Part shown: piece by piece, positions 45,401 through 57,400 of the stretch | Layout of the letters: each line of letters begins with the position of its first letter | Numbering within the stretch: position 1 is the stretch's first letter | From: Histomonas meleagridis 2922-C6/04-290x | Taxonomy: Eukaryota; Protista; Parabasalia | Direction: 5' to 3' | NCBI GenBank assembly: GCA_020184695.1 | Contig: JAANOX010000151.1 | Span: 1 to 64,000, forward strand | DNA length: 64,000 nt | Made by a program: the position numbers and the translations under genes | The notes under the pieces: generated by a model | What the model saw: the letters and a program-made list of their open reading frames with translations, nothing else | Databases searched by the model: none | Told to the model about the DNA's origin: nothing

Positions 45401-48400
45401 AATTCTTTATCAGCAAACTTCTTGTTTGAAAAATCATAAATTTCGAATTTGAAATCAAATGGAACCAGCAATAAATCCATATGAATACAAATCTCTAAAT
45501 TTGCTGAAAATTTCAAATAAAAATTACAATGGAATCGAGACATTTTAGATGCTGAAGGAAGCTTAATCGTTACTTGATCTTCATTTGGTTCTATTTGTGG
45601 TTTATCAGATGTATTACCTTCGAGACTTTCTATATTTGTTTCATAATTCATTTTTTCTTCAAGATAATAATTTTTGAATTTAAATGTAATCGTTGAATTT
45701 GTTAAAGCTTCTTGACAACATAATTGATATCTTCCATCTTTATATGATAAATCATATTCTTCACATTTAATAAGTAATGATAATGGAACAAGAATAAAAT
45801 TAAATTTACATGGAAGAATTAATTCATTATATGTTTGCGATGTAAAATGAATTTCAGTTTGAATTTCGATTTCTGTTTTATCATTGTTTATAAGTGAAGG
45901 AAATGGTACTGGAAGATGAACGACTTCTCCTCGTTTAATATTATAATTAGCGTTGAAAATATCTGAATATTCTTCTTGATTAGTTATAACATTAATTGAA
46001 AATGATTTATCAATAAATGAAATAAAATTAATGAAAATTTTTTCTTCATACAATGATGGTATTATTGGGCCAATTGGACAATTAAGCGACTTAAAACAAC
46101 AGATAATTTTATTATTCGAAGAAACACTTAAAATGGGAATAGAAAAGAAGTTAGAATCAGCAATATTTCGAAATGATGGAATATTTTTCTCTGATATTAA
46201 TGATGGAAATGGAATATTATAAAGAATAGAAAACATTTTCGGTAATTTATTTTGATAAACATCATTCCAATATTTTTCAACATCATTGATAATATTTATA
46301 AAATTATCAATATAACCAAGAAATTGATCTAATGTTTCGTTAAGTTTGCTAATTTCAGTCTGGATTTCAGCTTTATAATTTGACGAATCTAAAATGATGA
46401 CATTTGAATTTTGGAGTGCTTTTATAGATTTATACAATTCTCTTGGAATAGCTAAAATAGTTTCGTTCAAATTTTCTAAATTTTCAAAAGCATTAAATAA
46501 ATCTTTTATAGATCTCATTTTTTGTTTAAATTCTACGAGAAGTTTTGTAAATTCACAGCAATTGTAAGAACCTATAAAAATTTGGGGGTCAAATTGTTTG
46601 AAAGATTCATTAGGAAAGAATTCCTCATAATTAATATTTTCAGCAATTGGATAATATTCTGATGGGATATCTAACAGATCAGTGTGACATGGAATAGTCT
46701 TAATTAATGTTTTTTTATTTGAAGAACTTTTATCAAATAATTTATTGTATCCTTTAATTGCTTGATATGCTTTATCTATGTTTGTTTGTAATATTTTATC
46801 GTCTGGCATATTAAATAATTTCTCATAACTTGATACCTTTTTTTTTAATTCTTTGATTTTTTTATTTCTTTCATTTTCATAGTGTTCTTTCTTTATATTA
46901 TTCAATGCTTCAGCAATAGTCTGAGTAAAACTTTCAACAAATTTAGGGAAATCACTTTTTTGCACTTCAAGAAATTCTAATAGTTTAATTGATGGTTCTT
47001 TAGTTTTAATCTCCTTAAATTTATTTATTGTATTTATCTTAATTTTTTCTTTAACATATTTATTTGGATCGATTATAAATTTTAATGTTTCATTTTTAGA
47101 ATTCGTTTTTGAATTAATAATATCATTAATATTATTATCAAAAGTCAAATTTACAATTTCATTAATAAACTCTTTAATTATGTTATGTTTTTGTTGATTT
47201 AAAACTTCATTTAATTTGATATTATCTTCTGATAAAGAACGCCATAAACTATAAAGTAATCCTATATCTTGATCAATAAATTCATGAGGTACTGCTGATA
47301 GCAAAAGATTTAGCCATTTAGTTCCAATTTCCTGATTATTTAATCTTTCTTTTATTTTTTTTAATATTGATTTATGTAATTCTTCACTAATGATTTTGTT
47401 TGTTGTTGTTGGATTGTTGAAATCTAAAGAAATTATATTAATTGGAGAGATAAGTCTTAAAACAAAAATCCAAAATGGCATTTTATTTTTTTGTGATTTA
47501 ATTTTGTTAATTTGAGATGAATAAAGCTTTTGAAGTTGTTTTGCACATTTTTGATTTCTGCATAACCAATAAATTAATGATGGATTCTTATTAATATATT
47601 CTTTATTCTTCATCCAATTATCTTCAAGAAATATAATATCAGGAAACTCAAGTTGATATTCTTGAATGTTATCAAATCTTTCTGCAATTTCAAACATATA
47701 TAAAATGGATGAAAGAAGTTCTTGTTCTGAGTCTTTTCTGTCTGCTACTTTTTCTCGAATTGATTCTTTAAATTCGAAAATATCATTTGGTGCTTGGAAG
47801 TTAAAATCATATAAATTACGATATATTGATTTAGCAACCTCGATAGCACATTTGGAAAATTTCCTGAAATTTTGATGGCGAATGAATTTTAATGAATCAA
47901 TTATTTCGTTTTTATTACAATTTTGTATAAATAAACCATTTTGTACTTCATTTTCATTGATGAAGTTAATAAACATAAAAATAAGATCCATAGGTTTAAA
48001 TTTTGGTAAAATAATTTCAAAGTTAATTTCAGTTTTTCTTCCAATGTCATGAGCCCATTTAATTTCACCTTCTGTGACTTCGTTTCTATTTGCAAGATCA
48101 TTTAATATTTTATCAAGCTTAAGGATTTCTGAGTCTACATTATCTTGATGCATTTTATATAGAAATGCAGCATTTAATGTAGAGCTTATTATATCAAAAT
48201 CAGTATCTTTCATATTTCCATTGGAATTTGGATTATTGAATATGCAACTAATTAAATATTTATGAACAGATTCCATTTCTGGAAATTCATTTAAATCCAT
48301 TATTGTTTCAAATATATTGGAATTATTTACATCAATAATTTCCATAAATTTCCTGTGGATTTTAGAATACCATACAATATTTTCATAAATTTTCATTTGC

Positions 48401-51400
48401 CTTGTGTTTGTTCCATTTGTTGATCCTAATGGTGTATATGTTGGCCATTCAATAGAATGAAAGTTAAGTGATTCACCATGTTTAATATATTCTAAAAGTT
48501 TGTTTACCATTCGTTCACATAATTTATAATATTTCTCTGTTATATTTTGATCAGAAACATTAATAAGTCTTGTAATTATTTGATCTTTTATTGATTTGAT
48601 TTCTCGATTTTGAATTTCAATATCTTTAAGCTTTTCACTAAGACTTTCAATATTACTTCTAATTAATTTTTTTTCATCATCTTTACAAAATTGAATAATC
48701 AATTCTTTTAATGGAATCTTTGATTTTTCTAAAAGTTGTATATAATCATTTGGATTCCAAAATGTTTTATCAACATTGTTAATAATCTTTATCTCGTTTT
48801 CGATTTGTGAAATTTCATTTTTTGCATCTGTTTCATTCATAATTTGTCTATGTTCATAAAAATTAATTTTAATTCTCCATAAAATTGAATTTGGACTTCC
48901 AAATGAAATAAGTGATTTTGTAAAGTCAATTATTTTATTTAAATTTTCATACGTTTCGATTTTACTTAATATTATTGAAAGATCATTAAGTATTTCTGAT
49001 TCAAGTGGGTGAAGATATTTTATCAATTTTTGTATATCTTCTGATGAAAATGTATAAATCAAAGTCCATAATTTACTTATCATTGGTGTTTGTTGATGTT
49101 TTTTAAAATACAAATTGAATAATAATGATAAACTTCCAAATTGATTCTTTCGAGGATTTTCTGCTCCACTTTTGATATATTTATTTGCTGATTCTTTAAT
49201 ATTATCCTCATTCATTCTAAGTTGATTTAAACTAAATTCTTTGCATAACATATATGTTGCTTGATTTAATTTTTCATAAAGATCTGATCCAATATTATTA
49301 TTATTATTTATGAGTGATATATATTTTTTACCATAATTGATTTTTGTTTGTGGTGAAAGCAATAAAGAATTCTCTTCATTAAATACAAAAATTGGGTTAA
49401 TTTTATTTTTTAAATTCTTATAATTAAATTTATATGTTTTTCCTTTAATTTCGATTGAAAAATGTATCTTTTTTTCATGTAATATTCTGATTAATGGTAA
49501 CCAATAGCAAATATATTGAAAAGATGTAGAAATAAACTTATTGTATGGGAAAATACTTTCAATTGTAGGTATTAATTTCTTATTCTTCTTTAAATTAGAA
49601 ATAAATTTATCAAATGTTTCAAGTTTTTGTTCATTTGCCATCTCATCAATAATATTAATAATATTAAACATACCTTTTCTAATTAATTCAAATGGAATAT
49701 ATTTCGTGAAATATGAATCTTCTTCAACAAGTTTTGTTAATAAATGAAATCTTAAAATTGGTTTTTGAATACTTTCATATGAAAGTAAATCTTCATCTTG
49801 AAGTTTATAATTTGAAATGGTTTGAACCCTGATTTGCTTGAATCCTTCCATTATTTCTTCAAATATTTTGTAAATTATATTAATTAGATAAAACTTTCCA
49901 CAATATAATTTGGTTTCATCTTTTCTAATTTGTTTCTTATTGATAAAATTATTTATCATTTCTATTGTTTTCTTTATGTGTTTTTGAATTGATTCAATAT
50001 CATTTATTTGAATAAATTTACAATTTTTAACAAAATTATTAAATAAGAAATTATCAAATGGTGTTTTGTTTCGAATATACATTTGAATTTGGCGGATAAA
50101 TTCAAGAATTTCTTTACAACGCTCTTTTAAATTTGATGAATCTATAGATTTAATTAAATTTTGTGATGGATTATTTGCAAAATAATCTATTAAATCATTT
50201 TGAAATTGTAGTCTTTTATCTCCTTGATCAATAAGAGAATTACAATAAATTTTTATTGATTTACAAATCGGAAGATAAATATCTCTAATATAATTTTCTT
50301 TATTTTCTTTTTGTTGTTGAATGAAATTTAATATAATATATTTTAATGTTCTACCTGTAAATGTAATATCTCCTGCAAATAAATCACGATTATTATCACT
50401 TACATGTTTTGCAAATGAATGCATAAGTGCCATTCTTGCTCCAATTTGAATAGAAAGTTCTGGATATAAATTTTTAACTAAAGAACCATATAAAATTTGT
50501 GCTGAATATTCTTCTCTTGAATCAATTTGTGGAAGTGTAAATGAAACACATTTATTTAAGAAAGATTGATCAATCATTTTATTTTCATTCGTTGATGTTG
50601 GATTATAGATTATAATTAAACGAAAATCTTTATGAATTGGCTTTGAATTAGGTTTTCCATTCTTTGTGAAATAATAATCTTGTCCACATTCATATAGATT
50701 AAGTTCTGGATCATCACCACATAAAGAAGAAATTTTTTCTGCGATAACAGTTGGTGCAGATTCTATTCCATCAATTAAAATTATTTCGCCATTTTGAATA
50801 GCTTTAACAATAGTAGAATCAACATGATGAAATCTATTTGCTGGTTGAATAACATTTTTAATATCTCTTACTGCTGTTTGAATAAAGTTTTGCTTATATT
50901 CATCAAAATCTTTTAATGAATTTTTTTTAATTAATTCAAGAAGATCTTTGAAAATTTTTGGTGTCCAATATTTAGGATTTTCATTAATGTTTTCCTCAAT
51001 ATATTCTTTAAATTGATCAAATTCAGAAAGTTTCGCAATTGTTTGTTTTAATAAATGAATATCCTCCCTTGTTAAAGAATTATCAAGAATAGATTGACCT
51101 ATTAATGCAGAAATTCCTGTGTCAGCATTCATTTGATATACATTTAATTTCCTTCCAATCATTTTAGTAAATAATCGAACAATATGTGATTTACCTGATG
51201 CAGTATTTCCTTGTATAACACATGCACGATTTGTAAGATAAGAAAATGCTAAAAATAATAAACAATGTTTTTGTGCTAATGTAAGACTTTTAATATTTGC
51301 TTGAATTTCTTCTTGATTAATATTCTTTGTTTCTATTGGAATTTTAATCACATGCTTATTATCTCCTGTTAAACAAATTATTAATTCATTTGAATCATAT

Positions 51401-54400
51401 TTAAAAACAGGATTAAATTTCATATCTTTCATTTGAAGTGATGTTAAAACTTGTTGAATATCTTCTTCTTGTGTAAAACGATATGCAAATATCATTTGTG
51501 ATATAATTATTTTTTTAAAACATTTATATGTAATATTCCTAAATAAAATATATTTTGATATATCATTCAATGTTAAGTTTTGATTTAAATTAAATTTATT
51601 ACATATGCGATTCGTTTTCAAAAAATATTCATAGAATTTAGATGCTTCATTACAAAATTGATATGTTGAAAATTGTTTCGCAATAATATTAGAAATATCT
51701 TCTTTTGTTGGATTGAAAACAATATGATAAATCGATGAAATAATAAGTGATGAAGGTAATCTATAACGATTAGAAAATCCGTTTTGTGGATCAAAAATAG
51801 CTATAAGATTCATTTCTCCTTTATCGATAGTTGTGCCATTTGGTAATAAAACATGTTTCTGATTCGTATCAAAAATATTTACCATTAATTCTAATACTGC
51901 TGGTGATGCATTATTTATATTATGAAATACTATAATAATTTTTGTTTCATTTGATTTTATAGCTTTAACAAGTTTGGTTTCAATCATATTAACATGAATT
52001 TTGTTTTCGTTATCTCTATTAATAGTTATTCTTCCTAATAAATCATCAACTTTTGTAGATTGTGAAATAATTATATTAACAACTTCATAACCTAAACTAT
52101 TTCCAATATAATTAATCGCTGTTTCTTTACCTTGACCTGGTTGGCCTTCAAATATGACTGGAATATGTGTAAATATCCCTAACTGTAAAACATCAAGCAT
52201 TTCTGTAAATTTGCCGGTAAATTCAATATTTCGATTGTTCGTACTTTTAATAAATAATCCTGTAATTTTCGATTTTAATCCTTGATATCCATTCTCTTCG
52301 CATAAAATAAATGGATTTTCATTAAAATCTTCTAATAATTCTGGTAATTTTATCTTTAATTTAAATAATTCGAAAAGTTTTTCCCTTTGTTTTTGATGCT
52401 CTAGTAAACCTGAACATAAACGATAAATAATCAATCCAAGATTAATTGATACTTTAGAAGAATTTGTTTCATGAGGAAATTTATTTAACATTTCTATAGC
52501 TTTAAGCATTTGAGGAAATGTAAATTGCTTTTGGAATTTTTCTTCAAATTCAGTAGAAATGTCTTGTATAAAATCAATTTCTAGATCACTACATTTTAAT
52601 TTATTGATTCTTATGTAATTTTTAAGAACTGATTTTTGTTCTTTCTGTTGATATTCTGGAACTGAAATAACTGTAAAACGTGATAATACTGCTTCTGAGA
52701 GTTTAACTGGGGAATTCGCTGGACATGTAGCAATAATTCGAAAACTTTGATTAAAATCTGTTATTTCTTTGTTTTTTTTACTCGTAAATGTGTTGTGAAT
52801 ATCTTCATTTAATGTTAAATTATGATTCCCTGATAATAATTCGTTAAATCTTTCTAAAACAATTGTTGGAAGATTAGATAAATTTTTTAATATTAGTGAT
52901 TTCCTTTCAAGGATTGCTGTTAAAAATAATCCTGGTCTAAATTCAAGTGTAATGTTTGAAATAACACAATTGTTTTCCTTTTCTTTTGCAAAAAGCTTTT
53001 TAATTAAATGATTAACTGCATATTTAAATGATTTTGGTATAATATTCATTATATCTTTTATAAGATCTGTAATATCTTTTTCTTTAAGTGTTTTATTTAA
53101 TAATTTATTTTTAAGTTCTTGATATTTATTTATTTGACATATTTTACATATATTTTCTAAATAAAATAATCTTGATTCAATATCTGTAAAGAAGCTGGAT
53201 GATCCAAGTAATTGTGATATTGTTGTTTCTTGATTTAATGTAATTACTTTGGCTTCCATTAAAAATTGTTGTGCTAAAAATGTCTTAAATCCTGAATTAC
53301 CCATTAATAATATTGGCTCTGTTATATCAGATAATAATAATTTAAAAGCACAATTTAATAAAGATTTATGCTTTTTAGTTAAACTTTCGGTTTTCATTTT
53401 TGAAGGAAATACTTCAAATGAAATTCCCGTATTTCCTTTCATAATAAATGATTCTCCATTTATTTTAGTTATTGTAGGTTTTGATATATAACAATTCTTT
53501 AATTCTTGACGCTTATCTTTAATTGAAAATTCGCCAACAATCAAGTTTAATATATCATCTATTATTTTATCTATTTCAATATCACTAACTGGTGATAATG
53601 TATAAAATAAAATATGATGATAAAATGTTAAATTTTGATAATAATTTTCTGGATTCATATCTTGTCGATGAATACGAATAAATAATTTAGTAATATCACG
53701 AAGTGACCATTGTGGGATAATATTTTGTTTTAATTTATTTAATTCAATCATATATTCACCAATACGTTTTGCATTTTCTTCATTAATTAATGTAGGTTTC
53801 GCATCTTTATAACAACTATTTAAGATTTCAACACAAATATTTGAAATATCTTCCTTTTCTTGTTTTGGATATGTAAAATATCTAAATCTAGATGAAATAG
53901 AATCTGGAATTGCATTGCGACCAATAGTACCAAGTTCATTTTGACATGCAATAAAGAAGAATTCTTCATTAAAAGGTATAGATTCTCCAACTCCTGATAT
54001 AAATATTCTCTTTCCTTTACTTGGTTCAAGAGCTGGTGCTAGTGATTTCATACATTCTGATGAGGATAAATTCATTTCATCTGCAATAAATGTTAAACCT
54101 TCCATCATTGATAAAGTTAATGGTCCATCATAAAAATAAACTTTCCCTTTTTTAATTGTAGTTGTACCATAAAAATGACTTGGCTTAGTCCCTGAATGAA
54201 ATGAATGCATTTGAAATCCATTTTCTCTTTCGGATTTAATTGGACGAATTTTAGAAAATGCTCTTGCAGCTGATGTTTTACCTGCACCTGTAGGACCTGA
54301 AACACATACAGGTAAACCAATAAGTGATGCTGCATATATTTTCGCTATAAATTCACTAAGAGGTTTAGAATTTTTAAAAAAGAACTGATTATCATCAGAT

Positions 54401-57400
54401 TCTTTTAATTCATGAATTAAATATTCTCTAATGGTTTCATTGAGTTGAAAATCTTCTGTTCGATTTAACATTTGAACTGAAAATTTGATGATTTCTTCGG
54501 GGCTAACAAATTCTTTTGGAATTGTTTTTGAATATTTTGATACAGCTTTGCATAAAAAAGCAAGTTGTGAAATATTCATTTTATTTTGTGAAAAATACTC
54601 ATATGTAAGATTAACAATTTCATCTGATGGTTCATATTCTTGAGATTTTATAGTTGATGAATCGTGTTGAGGTTCATCTTCATTAACATTTGATTCATTT
54701 AAATCTTGTGTTGAAATTTCACTTTCTTCTTCATTATATTCATATTCACTATCATAACTTCCATTGTTTTCATCATCAGAATTTTCAGAAGATTTATTAC
54801 TTGAAGTTTGAGAATTTTCTTCATTTTCTTTATTTTCATTGTTTTGATTTGAAATAATAATCTGATATAATTGATTTTCATCCTGATTATTTTCATTATC
54901 GTCTTGTTGTTTATTGCGATTATAACTGTTCATTAAAATTTTAATTAATTCTTTTTGTTCTTGTTCTGTTAATCCTTCTAATTGATCTTCAAGTACAATT
55001 ACATCAAATCTATTAAGAAAAGCTGGTGAAATTAAATGAATTTTTTCTATATCACATGTACATATTAATTTAAAGTTTGGATTAATTAAAATTTGACTTT
55101 CTTGTGGATTTTCTGGTATATAAAATATTTTATCCTTTCCATCATATTTTTGATCAAGAAGACTATTTAAACGTTCTGTAACTGTAGCTGGTGCTTCATC
55201 AATAGAATCAAGAATAGCACAATTTCCATTTTTAATAGCTTCCGTTAAAAATCCTGGTTTCCATGTGATTAATTCTTGATCTGCATCTGCGTTCTCAATT
55301 GGCTTTTGTTTACCAATTAAATCAGAACATTTTGTTTCGTCTGTACAAACACAGAAAAATTCTTTGGTGTTATTTTGTTTTTTATTGTCTTTTGTATCAT
55401 AATATTCTGAAACCCATCGTGCTAATTGCGTTTTACCACATCCTTCTCTTCCAGTTAAAATTACATGTCGATGATTTTTAAATGAAAACATTATTGATTT
55501 TAATGTAGTACTTAATGTTTTATTATGAAAACATTGTGGAAAATCTGGTGGATATTCAAATTTTTTAATACTATTTGATCTTAATGAATTATATCCGTTA
55601 AGTTTTGTTTCAAGTTTTTGTCTAATATTTTTTTGATATCTTGCTCCGTATATTGTCATAATAGAATCATGTATATTTTCATCATCTGCAATCGCTCGAA
55701 TTGTAGCTGCAATTTCGCGAATAGTAAAACATTGAATGTCCTTCAAAACTTCTCCTTCTTTTTGCCATGTCATATGAAAATCAACAAGTTGTTGAATAAT
55801 ATATTCCGAGTTAACGTTTAAATTAAATCTTTTCGCTAATCCTTGACCTATTTTCAATAATTCATCTTTTGTAAATGATGGAAAATTAATAATTTGAAAT
55901 CGTGATAAAAATTTTATTCCTAAATCTTGTCTTTTGTTCGCAAATAATCCTTTATTAGGATTTTGTGTTGCAATAAGTCGAAATTCTGAATGCATTTTTA
56001 TCTCTTTTAGTGGCATTCCTGAAATTTCAACACTTATAACACCACTATCAAGTGCTTCTTCAATACATTGTAATACTGAAGGTGATGCTAAATTAATTTC
56101 ATCTAATAATAAACATTTACCTTCTGAAAATGCTTGTAAAAATGGTCCTGCTTTGACCGTAATCCCTGACCATGAATTGGGTTCACCAACATATCTCCCT
56201 AATAAATCACTTGTTTTAGTTTCTGAACTTAAATTAAAGCGAATCATTTCTTTATTTAATAATTTACAGACAACTTCTGCACTCAGTGTTTTAGATGTTC
56301 CTGTCGGTCCTTCAAGTAAAACTGGAATTCCTATTGATAAACAATCATAAAGTTTTAATAGACGTTCTTTCGCTCCTTCTGTAAATATAAAGTTTTGCTT
56401 TATAAGTTCTTCTTTTTCTTTTTCTCCAAACTCAAATTGTGTTTGAAGATTTATATTTTCTTTGATTTTTTCAATAATAGAATCAATATCAATTTCTTTC
56501 TCATCAAAATATGGATCTGATAGTAAATTAAATTCTTCTGAATTTTCTTTATCATTATTATCGATTATATCATCAATATCATCTTCTTCTTGGGGATCAT
56601 TATTTGATGTTAATATTTCATTATCTTCATTAAATATAACCTGAAGATATTTAATAGCACTTTCATTGTTTTTTCTTGCTGCTCTTTGTAAATATTTAAT
56701 CCCTTCTGCTTTTTTCTTTGGAAAATTTCGTCCTTCATAAAGTTCAACACCAAAATAATACATATCTTCAGCATCTCCTTCATCTGCATGCCTCTTTTTA
56801 TCTATAAGTTCTTGTGTTAAAACATTTTGATATGCCTTAATTTTCATTATATATTTTTGATAATTAATTTCATCTTGTACTTGAGTTTCTTTAGAAACAT
56901 TTTGAAGTATTGCTTTGATTTCAGAAAATGTTGGTCTTGAAGTTGGTTCTGTTGATAAGCATTGTTGAATAAGAGAATAATATTTATCAATAGAAATAGT
57001 AATAAATGGAACTGTAAATTGTGAAATTGATTGATATAATTCTTCTTCTTCAATACCATTAACTAAAAATATTTCAAAATTCATTGTAAGAAGTTGTAAC
57101 ATGATTATTCCAAATGAATACACATCTGATTTTTGCGTGTAATCATTAGAACGAAGAATTTCAGGTGCCATATAAATTAGAACTTTATCATCTTCGTGAT
57201 TTTGATAATCATTGGGAAAAATTAAATAATACATCAGATCTGTAATAATTGGCTCAAAATTATCATTTAGAAAAATATTGAATGATGTTAATCGACCATG
57301 AATTAAGTTTGCTTCATGTAACGACTCCATAAAAGAAGATATTCCTAATAATATTTTATTGAAGGGATTCCACCCTTCTGGAATAAATCCGTTCTCGAGA

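Noticed and set aside
40222-57059. Short ORFs overlapping the giant ORF and other long genes (e.g. 2402-2647, 8338-8568, 12024-12305, 28620-29039, 32225-32533)
   Set aside because: Antisense or off-frame shadows of real genes with no recognisable motifs.
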